64,000 nt of DNA from Lama glama (GCA_028534125.1 CM052817.1:59212001-59276000), one strand, 5' to 3'; shown: positions 13,105 to 27,547, numbered from the stretch's first letter. Translations and numbers: made by a program. Notes: generated by a model from the letters alone, not told the origin.

Positions 13105-14375
13105 AACATTTATTCAAAAAGTGTTTATTGGGGATCTGCTATGAGCCAGGCATTGACTACTAGGCCTGTTGATATATTTTTTGAACTAAGATCCATAAAA
13201 TTCCACATAGAAAGTATATTTTATTAAAAGACCTTAATGAACAAACAAATAAATATAAAACTGCAGGTTATAATGAGTTCCACATTTAAAAATAGTAAAG
13301 CATAGAGAGCGGTAAAGAGTGATGGAAAATAATGATGGCTTTTAACAGAATGAAAGAATTCTTTGAGGAAAATAACTGAGTAAAGATCTGTATGAAGCAG
13401 TGAAGCAAACAAAGAGAAGATACAAAGGAAAGTTTTTCCAGGCAGAAGGAAGAGACAATACACAGGCCCTAAAGAAATAAACAACTTCATGTGGCTAAAG
13501 AGCAGTATTAATACCAGTATGGGATAAGCACAGTGATTTAGGAGAGTTATGGGAAAGAAATGTAAAGAGGATGTGGGCAAGATTACCTAGGGCTTCAAGG
13601 AGCATAGTAAGGAGTTTGGATTTTAATATAATTGTGTAGGAAAGTCTTTGGAGAGTTTGAACAGGAAAATGATATAATCTTATGTGTATATTTTTAAAAC
13701 ACTGTAACTGGTATGTCAGGAATAGACTGCAGGGGAACGAGAGTGCAAGTGAGGAAACAGAAGACTTCAGCATAGACTGAAGACTCCATAAGATGCTAGT
13801 AGCCTATACTAGGCTGGTAGCAGTGTTTTGCAATTGGTTTATATTTTGAAGGTAACTCTTTCAGGAATTTTTTGTCTGGATAAGATATAAAGCTATGGGA
13901 AAGAAGAATCAAGAAAAAATCCTGGATTTTTGGTCTACAAAACTGGGGTGGCAATATTTACTAAATGGAAGATCACATGAAGAAATGTTTTTGTGTGATT
14001 ACTTATTTGGCAAGTGCAGCATAATTAAGACTTATCTTTTATTTCTGTTAATTTTGAGAAGCTTATTAGGCATCCCAGTGGAAATGTTGAGAAGGTTCTA
14101 GCAGTCTGGATCTCAGGACAGAAGGTGGAGCTCTAATTATTAATTTCGGAGTTCTGACCGTGCAGATTCCATCTAAACCATGAGACTTCGTGAGATTATC
14201 TAGAATGGTAATTTGGGAAAAGAGTATAAAATCAAGGACTGAATGCTGTGGGAGAAAACACTAACAATGAAGCCAAGGGGCTGAGAAACACTAGACGAGT
14301 ATAGTATCTTGAAAGCCAGCTGAGAAAGTGAGAGAGCACTTACTATGTCAAACGATACAGAGATATCCAGAAACA
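13105..14375 (-). mobile_element. LINE-2 fragment
   Basis: Reverse L2 tail (ATTTATTCAAAAAGTGTTTATTGGGGATCTGCTATGAGCCAGGCATTG) followed by typical body motifs (GTAAGGAGTTTGGATTTTAAT, TTGGAGAGTTTGAACAGG, GGCATCCCAGTGGAAATGTTGAG). Confidence 0.8.
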
Positions 14376-15291
14376 TAATTCACTTTTCTGGCTAGACTGC
14401 TCGTTAACACACTGGTCAGAAGACATACATCTCTGCACAATTCAGCAGGCTCACACTTTTTAACAAAGGACTCTGCCTGTCATCACTACAACTTGCCCAT
14501 TTCTTCAAAGCTGGAGGTATCTCTAAGATACCTAATTGTTCAGACTCCCTGATTTCCTCTATCTTTTAGGTCCAGCATTTTTGAAATTCACAAGTGTTTT
14601 ATTATAAGCATCTATAAAACTTTTCTCCTAGTTGGCCCATTCCCAAAACACATTTATGTTAAAAAGAAATCCCTATATTCAAATACTACAGAATAAAGCT
14701 AAATCCTACAAGATGTGATTCTACACTGAAATGTTTGAAAATTGGTGTGGGCCATATTATTAACAGTCTTGACTTTCAGGATTTTTTTTTTGAAGTGTTT
14801 GTTTTCTATACAGTTTGAGGTTCAGAAAATTTTTTCTGGCAGTAAAAGTAAGAGTGAATTAGAAAAAGAAGACCTTAGAGACCAGGTAGGAGGCTATTTG
14901 ATTATTCTATGTTTAAAAGGCTGAAAACCTGAAATGTGTCTGAAGAGTAGGCATGATGTACAGAAGAAGATACATCAAGGAGGTGAGAATGCAGGATCAT
15001 GATTCAGTAGGGTGTTTGGAAATAGAGAAATATACTGGAGACTCCCAGGCTGTGAGAAAGTGGTTGAAATATTGAAGAGAGTAAAAAGAAAAAAGGAGAA
15101 GAGAGGGAAAGAAATATGTCAAACTTGATAATGTCTATATTTGGAGGTTAGAGGAGGAAAAGGAATTATTTAAAAGACTGAGAAGAGTAGAAGCAGGAAT
15201 TATGGCAGAGGGATCAGGTATTAACATAAAGAATAAAAAACCTTCACACTTGCTTGTTTAGGGGCCAAGTGCAGACCCAGGTGTAGCCTAT

Positions 15292-15404
15292 AAGATGACC
15301 TTGCAACTTAGTGTCCCAATTGGGACACTGTTGAAAGGAGATACCAGACAATAACCACGCTATGAAAGTAAGGTTGTCCGTGGTATGCTGGACATACAGT
15401 CAAT
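15292..15404 (+). mobile_element. hAT MITE (MER81/MER94-like) within decayed L2 sequence
   Basis: AGATGACC...GGGACACTGTTGA...GTTGTCCGTGGTATGCTGGACATACAGTCAA resembles my recollection of MER81; about 110 bp. Confidence 0.5.
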
Positions 15405-15857
15405 TTGGATAAAAGTAGTGAGTTGGGGGACAAGTAGAAGTTATATAGTTGCTAACAAGAGAGTAAACACTTGGTGAGCTCAGAGTAGGGAATAGAGAAT
15501 AAAATCAAGAGTACAAGCATAGTAATCAGTTGTGATAAGAAAGGGAGAGTGTTCTTCCTAAACATCAATAGCAAAGTTAGAGTAGGAACACAATGACCGA
15601 GTGGCATTTATAAATGAAAAAGAGGCCACTGAAAGGCTTCCCTTTAGAAAATCTCAATCATTTCAGGAAAGTAGGCCAGGAGGCCAGCTAATGAAAGTGA
15701 AAGGTGGAGTTGGAGACTTGAAGATGCCTGAAGACTTTTCTAAGGACCACTCTTCGAAATGTTGCAGGAAGTCATTATACATTCTAAATGCAAATGTCAC
15801 CAACCATGATCAAGGTCCCACATAGATTTTTGACTCTCCAGCAAGATAAATAACTTA

Positions 15858-16062
15858 AAATAGCTACCATCTATTGATTATTTACTGTGTGCTCTAGTCT
15901 AAGTGTTTTACGTAACTTTATTTTAATCTCAAAACAATCCTATGAAATAGAGATTGTGAGGATACTGAGGAACAGAGTGTGTAATAGTAACCACGCAGCT
16001 AGAATGTAAGGAGTCATGATTCAAATTTAGCCAATCTGGCTTCAGAGCCCAAGGTCTTGACA
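15858..16062 (-). mobile_element. MIR SINE
   Basis: TTTAATCTCAAAACAATCCTATGAAATAG...ACTGAGG...GATTCAAATTTAGCCAATCTGGCTTCAGAGCCC, the reverse complement of the MIR core. Confidence 0.8.
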
Positions 16063-18139
16063 GCTGAGTGCCCTGACTCTCAAGGTACTGGTTTAACTAA
16101 GTTCTGAGGTCATAAACACATTTCAGAATAGTATTCATTCCTAGAAGCAAGTAAAAAGGTTTCCCAAGATTATGCACATATCTAAGGAAAGCCACAGGGA
16201 AAGCGTTGGCCAGGCTAAGTGTTTCTCACTGGCCATGTTTGTTGAGGTTTCCATCATGATCTGAAATGATACTGTCATTTGATGCCAAGAGGGCTCTAGT
16301 CTGTCTGTCACAGGAAGGTTTATACTACATTGGCCTATAGTTCTACAGAAGAAAAGATGATTTTAGTCTGTAGGGTATCATTTACTAGCATGGTGTTTTC
16401 AGCACTTCAAAGAATATCAATCAGGAATCCCTGAAAGCTGAAATGTGCCTTCCTGAAGTGAGCAAGCTGGTACAATAATTCTTAAATCCTTTGTTGTGGT
16501 GGAGGAAATTTCTATGGGTTTCATCATAAAAATATTTTATACTACAGCTAGCAAAAAACCCTATCAATCTGAGATCTAACATTAGTTTTTTATGGTTTGG
16601 TTGCTAGGTAATAAATGCACACTGAAAAATGCAGTTTGTGGGAAAAAATGCCTCAATAAAGAGAATTCCCCTAAGGTTTGGGATGACAATCTCGACTAAT
16701 ACTTTACATTAAAAAAATCAGATACAGGAGTTCCTAAGAAAATTACAAAGTTCACCACAGGTTTCTAGAAAAGGTAATGCTTAGCATCTTTACATTCCTT
16801 TTGTCCAGCATCTTGCACAGTGCTTGATCTACAATAAGTGAACAATAATTATCAAATAATGTCTATTTCCCTTTTGTAAATTCAAACTGTATGGACTACT
16901 AAATGAACATGGTTTTTGTTATGTTATTTTCTTTTAAAAGATCTTTTTCCATTAAAATTGATAGATTTATGTACAGCTGATGAGATTATATGTATTTAAT
17001 TGACATTTGCATCTGAAAGTGGTGAATTTTCATATGCAGGTAATGTTATTCAGTCGTCAATTGGTCAGGCTGACTTTGATACATACTAATTACTCTCTGG
17101 AAAACTAATATCTTAAGGTCAAATATCACATTTTTAAAAATCTCTATAATTTATAGAATTTAAGAGGCCAGTAGTGAATGTGGTATAGAGAACAGAGGTT
17201 ACAAAATCAAACATCAACAGGTGCCTGGAGGTAACAAAATGACTGAAGGGATGGGTGCAGCATGAGGTAGGAATGGAGTTTCAATGGCAAGCTGTAGGAG
17301 AGACTGTCTAAAGAGGGTGGGTATTACTTGTGTCACAGACCTTTGCTGTAAGTGATTATTTTAAAAGGGATTCTGAAAGAGTTGACTTTAATGTGAAATC
17401 TCCTGATTTTTTTTAATACGTTCAATAACATTTAAAATATTATATAAGAAAAATACTACCCTTGGAGAATTCATAGCCAGGGGTGGCAGTTAATGACTTC
17501 TAAGTGTAGAGTTCAGAGTCCCTCTAAATTGTGGTTGCAGTCTTGGCAGGTAAAGGTGTTGAAACTTACTCTAAAATTTGTTATGCCTTCTTTGTACTTG
17601 TTGAATCAACTCCTGTTTTCATTAAATGTTTTATAACTTTCCTAATTTGCTTCTTATTGTACTTAAACCACAATCTGAAATCCTCTAAAGAACACTCGAA
17701 AGATTGAAGTGGAATTAAGTAATGAAAGTTATGGTCTTTCTTCTTAAAAGGGAAAACATGATTGATGTTTCAGAGTTAAAGCTCCTTTCTGGAGAATGTC
17801 CCTGCCAGAGGAGTATTTTTGGTTTGTTAGTGTATTCCCTAACCAGTATGAAAATATAAAGGTCACAAATAGCCTGCAAAGAAAATCTTATCAAATTTTT
17901 ATTCACTTTCAATTTTGCAGATGGCCATATATATAACTATTGTAATTGCCAGGATTTTAACATTAAAAACTCATTTACCTAAAGCCTGTGAAGTCTTAAG
18001 GCACTGACAATTTTCGGAAGATTGAATTTAAATGTTCTTAAGTGAATAAAATGAATGATTCTAAACTTAGTTGTAATATAAACTGACAATGTTAAAAACG
18101 AATCCTGCAAATGCTATAAAATTTTAGATTATTATTAAA

Positions 18140-19220
18140 AGTAAGAGTTGCTTAAGAAAGTGAAAATGAGAAGCTAGAGACAGGGAGAAATCTTTGCAAA
18201 AGATGTATCAGATAAAGGACTTGTGTCCAAAATATACAAAGAGCTCATAAAACTCAGTGGAAGCAAATGGCCTGATTAAAAAATGGGCTAAAGACCTGAA
18301 CAGAGATCTCACTGAAAAAGATACACAGATGGCAAATAAGCAGTTGAAAGATGCTCAACATCATATGTCATTAGGGAACTGCAAATTAAAACAGTGAGAT
18401 ACCATTACACACCTATGAATGGCAAAAATTTAACACACTGACAACACCATATGCTGGTAAGGATATGGAGCAATAGGAACTCATTCTTTGCTGGCAGGGG
18501 TTCAAAATGGTACAGCCATTTTGGAAAACATTATGGTAGTTTCTTACAAACTAAACATACTCTTACCAAATGATCCATCAATTGGATTCCTTAATATTTA
18601 CACAAACAAGTTGAAAACTTATAACCTGCCAATGGATGTTTATAATAGCTTTATTCAATATGGCCAAAACTTGCAAGCAAACAAGATGTCTTTCAATAGG
18701 TGAATGGGTAAAGAAAATATGGTCTATTCATACAATGGAATATTGTTCAGCGATAAAAAGAAATGAGGTAACAAGTCACAAAAAGACATGGATAAATATG
18801 TATTGCTAAATAAATGAAGCCACTCTGATAAGGCTACATCCTGTTTGATTCCAAATATATGACAAAGCTAAATTATGGAGATAGCAAAAAAAATCAGCGG
18901 TTCGTGGGGAGGGTAGAAGGGATGAATAGGTAGAGTACAGAGGATATGCAGGTCAGTGAAACTATTCTGTGTGATACTGTAATGGTGGATATGTATCAGT
19001 AAGCATTTGTCAAATCCACAGAATGCCCAAGAGTGAACCCCAATGTAAGCCGTAAGAATATATAAATATTCATTCCTCTATTGTAACAAACACGCTACAC
19101 AAATGCAAGATGTTAGTAACTGAGGAAATTGGGAGAAGATGAAGAACATAAGGGAACTTTAGTTTTTGCTCAATTTTTCTGAAAATCTGAAACTGCTTTA
19201 AAAATAGACTATCAATTTCT
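18140..19220 (+). mobile_element. L1MC-like 3' end
   Basis: ORF2 C-terminus (AAAAAATGGGCTAAAGACCTGAACAG, TGAGATACCATTACACACC) and a 3'UTR ending TTTGCTCAATTTTTCTG...AAACTGCTTTAAAAATAGACTATCAA. Confidence 0.85.
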
Positions 19221-20949
19221 AAGAAAGATGGCAGTCAAGCAAAAACTTCAGTTTAAGGAAAAATCTTCAATCTGTATTCATTTCCCATATACTAAGGTCA
19301 ATTCTTTTTTCAGATAAAGAAAATTTCTTTTCTCAATCAAAACATGTTTTAATAAAGCTGAGCCATATTATCCAACTATATAAGTAGATAAAATATTCAT
19401 GTCTTATGTTGAAATAACATGAGATTTTCAAAACGGAAATGTATTTACTTATAATTTATTGATGTATGTCTTTTATAGTCTTGAATAATCAATTGGAAAA
19501 ATATAATACTTTTACAATCAGCTCATAACAACTAATTGTCAATAAATATTTTTATTGATAAATAAAATTTATTTCTTTAAAAAAGCAATAGTTGTTACAA
19601 TTTTTATAGGAAGGTTTCTGAGAGGAGAAAAACATTTTTAGATCTCTTATATAACATAATTTGTATTTTTACTATTTTTCTTATAATGTTGGATAACTCA
19701 TATTGTAAGTGAATTTACTTTTAAATTGCAATTAATAAAAAGTGAATTTTAGAATTTAGAATGCACAGAGGCATTCTAAAATTTATTTATGATATAAATT
19801 GATAGTACACATAACCTGGTGGATAATATATGGTTAGGTACATATTCAGCTGAGATATGTGTATGCATATACAGAAAATAGATGTGCAAGATATGGTGTA
19901 CTAATGCACAGAAACACAGCTAATACATTTCTTCAGTTCTAAGACACACTATTTTTGCATTTTAATTTCTCTAAAATTTCAATGTATCTTAAAATTAAAA
20001 GCAAGTTATATTAGGTAAGTATCAATTATCACATTGTTAAGATTGTATGCATTGAATATTTTGAGCTTGAGCTCATTTTCATTGGGACACTTTTGGTAAC
20101 GGGAGTTTCCAGTTCTATTGTAAAAGATGCAAGATCAATATCCAGTTAGGAAAGAATGTTTTATTTCAGTTGTGAACTTCAGTGGGGATACTGGAAGAGA
20201 GAATGGAGACAGAGGGTATACAAGGACATGAAGAGTGTTTCTCCAGTTTTCAGTTTATCATCTAGCTTTGTTCTTCCATGCATAGTTGCTGTATATAAAG
20301 TGCTATGCCAGGTCTTGGATTAATTGTTAAAGGAAAATAGAACCTGGATCCATGTTTTAAAGGAGCTTGGAGTCTACTGATAATGATAGATCGTAGGACA
20401 TGTTATGTAACATTTGACAACTTCAACAGAATCTTAAGTCTTTTTCATTTTATATACAGATGAGTGCTAAAGTTTGTATTTATTTGATTGTAACTTTGTG
20501 GTATTAATCTGCGACATGTATTAGAGGAAAGGGAATATTAAACAAAAATTTAAAGATCAAAGAGATTGAATTTTGACATTGAAGAGAGCCTAAGTTGTTC
20601 CAGGTTGAACAAATGGCTTATATGCTTGAACATATAAATTGAACATGTAAGTTAAAGAGATTCTTTTAAAAAATATTTTTTAAAAATCTAGTCCTCAACA
20701 GTGAAACACTTAATTAACCTGTGTACTGAATACCGACAAAATGGAGCACATGTCTGTATAAGTCATAGGTTAAATATTTAATAGTAATAGCTCCTCTAAT
20801 TAGGAAACCAGCAGTTCTCCCAGTGCTTCCATAGCACCCAAACTGGCTTAATTATTCACAATGAAATACCTTAAAAATTAGCAGTGTCATGCTTATGTCT
20901 TTTTTCTCTAGTACCAGTCTTTCAAACTTTGTCACAAACTCTTAAACCT

Positions 20950-21110
20950 GGTTGAAGAGTTAACCAGATTACCTGGTTCAAATTCAGACTCTGTTACCTA
21001 TTAGCTTAGACAGAAACATATCCCTCTCTCTCTGTTCACTTTCTTTAAAATAGAGATACTAACAGTTTCAAATGAGAAAATATTTGTAAGGTGTTTGGGC
21101 CAGGCTATGT
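20950..21110 (+). mobile_element. MIR SINE
   Basis: CCAGATTACCTGGTTCAAATTCAGACTCTGTTACCTATTAGCT...TCTTTAAAATAGAGATACTAACAG. Confidence 0.7.
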
Positions 21111-23161
21111 TGACAGAAACAAATGAAATTTTAAAATAAATCCAAAAAATAAACACTATGGAGAACGGAGAACAGTACTACAATGGTATTTAAATTAAAT
21201 TAAATTAAATAGTAACATTTCAATACTGATATATTTTTAAATTAAAACTTTATCTGTAATAGTAATAGGTAAAATAATCGTGTACATAAACTCTTGGAAA
21301 AATAATGAGGGGAGTTATAAGAATTTAAATTAGTCAGGAAAGTACTGAGTAGTGATCAGCTTTAAAATTCAGAACTGCATTTTTCTTTTGATTTGTGAGG
21401 TCTGCGAGGGCCTGATCCCATTAACTGAGATGGAGTGTGGGAGGGGTACTGGAAGAGTCAAAGAAATGAAGTGCTGAAGGTCTTTATAGTTTGTGCTCTC
21501 TAGGATCAGTAACATATGCAGGTGAAGTTACATTATAGTTTAGGTTTTTCTTTGATAATGTAAACTATAAGGCTAAGATATCTAGGTTTTCTAGGTCATG
21601 CAAGGTCCTTACCTCCATGTGCTCACTCTACATTAAATAAAGATAATAACATCTGAGAGCTTTCAAATGCCAATTAGATACAAAATGATCTATGCACATG
21701 TTTGAAACTCCATGTGTTTTAACAAACCAACCAACTCTACAGATATGCATTCGATTATTCCTTAGGGGAGCAAAATAAGTATGTATCTATTTCCAAAGAG
21801 TGGAACTTGCCAGTTATTTTCCTATTTCAGAAAAAGATATGGACGGCTTTTCCTTGAGCTAATTAAGAAAGAAAGACAGGCTTTGCTCAGACTTTGAAAT
21901 AATCAATTTTCCTTTGAATTAAGTTACTGGGAGAAAAAATAGTTTTAATAAAATCAGTGAGACTCTTAATTATTAGGGATCCTCTGCAGGTACATTTCCA
22001 TTCTCAGGGTAGGATTTCTCTAGAGCACAGAGACCAGATATATCTTTACAGAACAAAATCCCATAGATTAGTTCAGTTTCCTCTCCTAATGCCTACTCAA
22101 GTGGGCTGCCTAGGACTTGGGAGCAAGCAGGGTCCTATTTGGATTTGCTTGGCATTCATGTGCATTATGTGAAGTAGTCATCTATTTTACAGCTGCATAA
22201 AACAGTACATGGATTTCATGGTGCAGAAAAGCAGTAGTTTAATCCTCATTTTCCATCATGTAAATTTTTACTGAATAGATTTGCATGAAGAGTCACCCTC
22301 CCTTCAAAACACAAATGAAAAATGCCATCATTATACACTTCCCTCTTTCTAAGCCTTTCTTTGCCAGAAGTAAACACTTAAAGAAAAAAAGACAGAACAT
22401 TCTTCAGGGTAAAACTGCCAGGCAGCACTGCAGCTAATTTTACATGCTTCAAGAGTAAGTTGTATAGCAGAAATCGAGGCAGCAGGTATAGTTTGAAAAC
22501 AGATGCTTTGTATTCATGAGAAAATAAAGAGAAAAATATTCCTCTTCCCGAGAAACTAAGAATTATGTATAAAATGGTTAGAGCATCTTCAATTGATAAA
22601 GTTTATACCTTCAAATCAAAGTAAAACTTTAAGAATCAGAAAATACTTTCCTCATAAGCAATAAATAGAAATAATCTACATTATACCAAAAATATAAAAG
22701 AAAAACCGATTGTCATCTATATTTACTGAAATACTTCCTACTTTTATTATCAACTCTACTATTTTAAATTAATTCATTTTCATCATTAGAGTCATTACTA
22801 TTAGTGAAGACTGAATCTGATTTTGAGAAATATGTTCATATTTCTCACTTTTATTTCCTAGAGGATGAAATTATAGCATACCTATAATCAACAAAAGGCT
22901 TGTTTTTTAATCTGACTTGTCCAAAAATGTTTGGAATATATTTCATAGATATATCACACATAAAAGTTTGAATTTTATATACCAATATAGCATGTGATTG
23001 GTGCCAAATGATCCAACAAAAAATATAGGACATAGAAGGTTGTCCTTTGAGAACATTCTGATGTTTTCAAAGACAACCTCGTAAAGATCTTGTATTAAAC
23101 TTTATGAATAGATATGGAGAAAATAAGAAAGGGACATTTAAAAAAGAAAGCATGCTAAGAC

Positions 23162-23382
23162 TTAAGTTTCTCAACCTTGGCACTATTAACATTTGGGGCT
23201 GGATAATTATTTATTATGGGTGGCTGTCCTGTGTATTATAAAATGATCACCTGCATTTCTGTACTCTACCTTCTAGATGCTCATAGCACATTCCATTCCT
23301 TATAGTGACAATCAAAACTGTCTCCAGATGTTGCTAAATGTCTCTGAGGGAGAAAAGAATCATCCCTTGTTGAGAACCTCTG
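23162..23382 (-). mobile_element. MER20 (hAT-Charlie MITE)
   Basis: Terminal inverted repeats (TIRs) GTTTCTCAAC...GTTGAGAACC; internal GGCACTATTAACATTTGGGGCTGGATAATT and TGTCTCCAGATGTTGCTAAATGTC; about 220 bp. Confidence 0.85.
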
Positions 23383-24206
23383 AATAATAGGGATACAGAG
23401 TAACATAATGTGATAAAGGATAAGGAAACCAATGTTCATGCACCAAGGTTAGGATAAAGTTATGGAGGGCTTAGAATATAAGGCTAAGGAGTTTGCAAAT
23501 CTTACAAACAATGGGAAACCCTGAAAAGTTTCCAAGTAATGAGCTAACATAATATACATTGTGCTTCAAGAATATAAAATTTGTGCCTGTGTGCATAATG
23601 GCATATTGCAGGGATAACAGAACACAAAGATATCAGTGAGCTGGTTGGATAGTTATCCCAACATGGAATAAAAAGAACAGGAACCAAGATAATAGCAATA
23701 AAAAAAAAAAGTAGGGTGTTGAGAAATATTGTTAATAAACACTGTAAGGAACAAATGATATAGCCTATGTCCTACCCAGCTTGCAGAAGTAGAGGATCCT
23801 CATCCCTTAAAATCAAAATGGTATATTATAGAAAAGTCTGGATTCTATTCTAGATATGTGCTTGCACTACCTAGGCCATGCGAAACTTGCATGATGCCTA
23901 GATCACTTTTTCTTCCAAGGATTCTACCTCTTATGTAAGAGCTTATGGGATTTATTAAACCATTTTCTAAAGACTTTTCCAGCTTCAATCTCTTATGAAA
24001 CACAGTAGCTCCAGATTTGGGGTTTAATGTATTAACTACAATCCTTTAATTTCAAAAATCAGGGTAAATTATCACTTTCTGAGGAAAAACATTTTTTCAT
24101 TTCCCTGAAGGCTTGAAGTCAAATGGAGAGAACTCATAACTTGACTGGAATTCAGCTAAGTGAGCAGAATTAGGCATGTGGGTAGTAACATAGTGCAACA
24201 TTTCCA

Positions 24207-24592
24207 TGTTAGTCTCATCAGCTTACTGTAACAAAATACCACAGGCTGGGTGACTTGGTAGCAGAATTATTTTCTTAAAGTTCTGGAGGCTAGAAGTCCA
24301 TGATCAAGGTTCAGACCTATTTAGTTTCTGGAGGAGACTCTTCTCCTGGCTTGCAGAGGGCTATATTCTCCCTATTTCTCACATGGCCTTTATTTAGTGC
24401 ATGTGCAGAGAGGGAGTAAGCTCTCAGGTGTTTCGCTTATAAGAACACTAATCCTATTGGATTAAGACCTCACCCATATGACCTCATTTAACCTTAATTG
24501 CTTCGTCAGAGGCCTAATCTCCAAATAAAACCACACTGGTATTTAGGGATTCAACATGAATTTTGAGGAGACACAAACATTAAGTCAGTAAG
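24207..24592 (-). mobile_element. MLT1A-type MaLR solo LTR
   Basis: TGTAACAAAATACCACAGGCTGGGTGACTT...GTTCTGGAGGCTAGAAGTCCATGATCAAGG...GGAGACACAAACATTAAGTC. Confidence 0.85.
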
Positions 24593-24689
24593 AGTTTCTA
24601 TGACTAGATCAAGGGCTTAAAATCTTCCATATTATCACATAACAAGAAAATCAAGAACTCTAGAGAAAATATAAAGAGTATAAAAGCAT

Positions 24690-24999
24690 AAACTTAACAC
24701 CATGTAAAAAATGATTCAAAATGGGTCAAAGATCTAAATGTAAAATCTAAAACTACAAAACATTAAGACGTGAATGTAATCATAACCTTTCACCACATTA
24801 GAATAGGCAACTGTTTTTTTCTTTTATGTCATACCAAAAGGTCTAGCAACCAAAGAAAAAATACATGAATTAGACGCCATCAAAATTTAAAACTTTTGTG
24901 CTTCAAGAAATAGTATAAGAAATTGAAAAGACAACCCACAGTATGGGACAATAGGTAAAGAGCTCTTAAAACTCAAACATAAAAAGTCAGCTAATCTAA
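24690..24999 (+). mobile_element. Old L1 (L1MB-like) ORF2 3' part, left half
   Basis: AAAATGGGTCAAAGATCTAAATGTAAA...CATCAAAATTTAAAACTTTTGTGCTTCAAG; continues at 32715 after the nested L1. Confidence 0.8.
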
Positions 25000-27547
25000 A
25001 GGAGAAGATTTAGATGGCATTTAGGAGGACACTGTGCTCAACTCCCCCCATGAATACATCAAAAATACACCTACATAGGGAGCAATTCTCACTGAAAAGA
25101 ACTGGAGACTGACAGAAAGACTCTTATAAAACCAAGGCTGTAAAGAAAAATCCACATGGAGTCAAGTAGGAAGGGAAGAGAAGCAATTAGGTCAGGACCT
25201 GCTACACTAGGAGGGGACACAGGTTCAGAGATCCTCTCAGGGGATTGAGTGGCTCAAACCATATTAGGCACCCCAGCCCTGGGAAGTTGAGTTCCCTTAC
25301 CTGGTTTGAAAATTGTGGTATTAACAGGAGGCCCATAAGAAACCTAGACTCTCCTCATGAAGAGCATGCACAGACTTGCTTATTCCTAGGAACAAGTTTG
25401 GGGAAGCAGACTGAAACTGCCAGGGACTCAGGCTGTTTCCAGTGACCTCCTTACCATGTGCCCTAGGCCACACTGAGCACCCACTCTGGTCCCTCTTGCA
25501 CTAGTGCAGCTCAGCACTAGAGTGAAGGCTGCCAACACCAAGGATAGTGTGTAGATATGGGGGATAGAGCTGGTTCAGACCTGCCATTCTATCTCAACAG
25601 GAGCAAGGGCAGTCATTATTAGCACTCACAGAGGTGGTAAATCAGGAGCATTTTGGAACTCTGAATGACCAGGGATATCATTCCCTGTGCCAGGACCATC
25701 CCATCACACACCCTGGCCCAGAGTGGGCAGATGCTCTGGGTCCTACTGCTCCAACACTGCTCCCCTATATGGTGAAGGTGCTGATACTGGGAGCCAGGAG
25801 ACCACACACTGAGAGGAAATGGACCCAGCTTGGACCTGAACCTCAGGGCTTCTGCTCCAGTACCTCACCACCAACAGGGTGATATGCTCAGCAACTGAGC
25901 ATAGAAGCCCAGGCTTACACCTGGCTCTGGCTCTAGCCACTCCATCTCCAGCCCCACCTCCGACTAAGATGATAGCTGTCAGCACATACTGGGGGAAGAT
26001 GTGGGGGAAGCCCCACACACACTTCAGATCTAGCTCTCTCACCAAAGTCACTGGGCATACATATCTGCATAAGGAAGCACCCACACAAGGATACACCTTC
26101 ACAGCAAGGGAAAGATAACTATTTCACCAATATTCATACAGACAAAGTTAAGCAAAATGAGAAGACAGAGGAATCTGTTTCAAACATAAGAACAAGAAAA
26201 AACACTGAAAAGGCCACTAATGAAAAAGAGATTAAAAAATTAACCAGATAAAGACATCAAAGCATTAGTAAGAATGCTACCTGGACTAGGGAAAAGAATA
26301 GATGAATACAGTGAGAATTTTAATAAGACACTAAAAAATATAAAAAAGAACCAGTCAGAGCTAAGGAACACAATAACCAAAGGAAAAAAACACACTAGAA
26401 GGAGTTAAGAGCAGATTAGGTGATCAAGAAGAATACGTAAGTTATCTGAAAGATAAAATAATGGAAATTACCCAATCAGAACAGCAGAAAGAAAAACAAA
26501 TTTTAAAAATTAGAACAGTTTAAGGTCCTCCGGGACAACATCAAACATACTAATATTCACATAATAGATGTCCCAGAAAGGAGACAGAAAAAAGTGTTGA
26601 AAAATGTATTTCATGAAGTTATAGCTGAAAACCTCCTGAATCTGTAGAAGGAAACAGATATCCAGGTACCAGAAACACAGAGTCCCAAACAAGATGAAAA
26701 CAAAATGACCCAAATCAAGGTATGTCATAGTTAAAATAGCAAAAACGGAAGATAAAAAGAATATTCTAAAAGCATCAAGACAAAAACAAAGAGTCACATA
26801 CAAGGGAGTCCCATTAAAACTATCAGTTTATTTTTCTACAGAAACTTTACAGGCCAAAAGGAAGTGGCATGGCATATTTAAAATGCTGAAATGGAAAAAC
26901 TTACATCCAAGGATACTCTATTCAGCAAGTTTATCATTCAGAATTGGAGAGAGTAAGAACTTCTCAGACAAGCAAAAATTCAAGAGTTCATCAATGCTAA
27001 GCCAACCCTACACATAGTGTTAAAAGGTCTTCTCTAAGAAGAGAAAAAGCTGTAATAAGAAGAGTTTATAGGAAAGGAAAAAATCCAATTCATAAAAGCA
27101 AATATGTAGTAAAGACTGTGGATCAACCACTTAAATAAGCTAATAAAAAGATCAAAAGACAAAAATTGTAAAATCATCTATAACTACAATAAATAGCTAA
27201 GGGATAGACATGAAGTTGTGAACAATGACATCAAAAACACCAAACACCAAACATAGGGGAGAAGAGTAAAAAATGTAGATCTTTTAGAATGTGTTTGATC
27301 TTACATGACTATCAGTTTAAAACAAGGAGATACAGTCATAGGTCAACCTATACGAACACTATGGTAACCATAAATCAAAAACCTAAAACAGATACACAAA
27401 AACTAAAGAGAAAGGAACACAAACATACTGCTAAAGAAAACTGTCAAAGCATAATGGAAGAAACTAAAACAAGAAAAGAACTATAAAAATAACCAGAAAA
27501 GAAGTAACAAAATGGCAATAAGTACATACCTATCAATAATCACTTTA

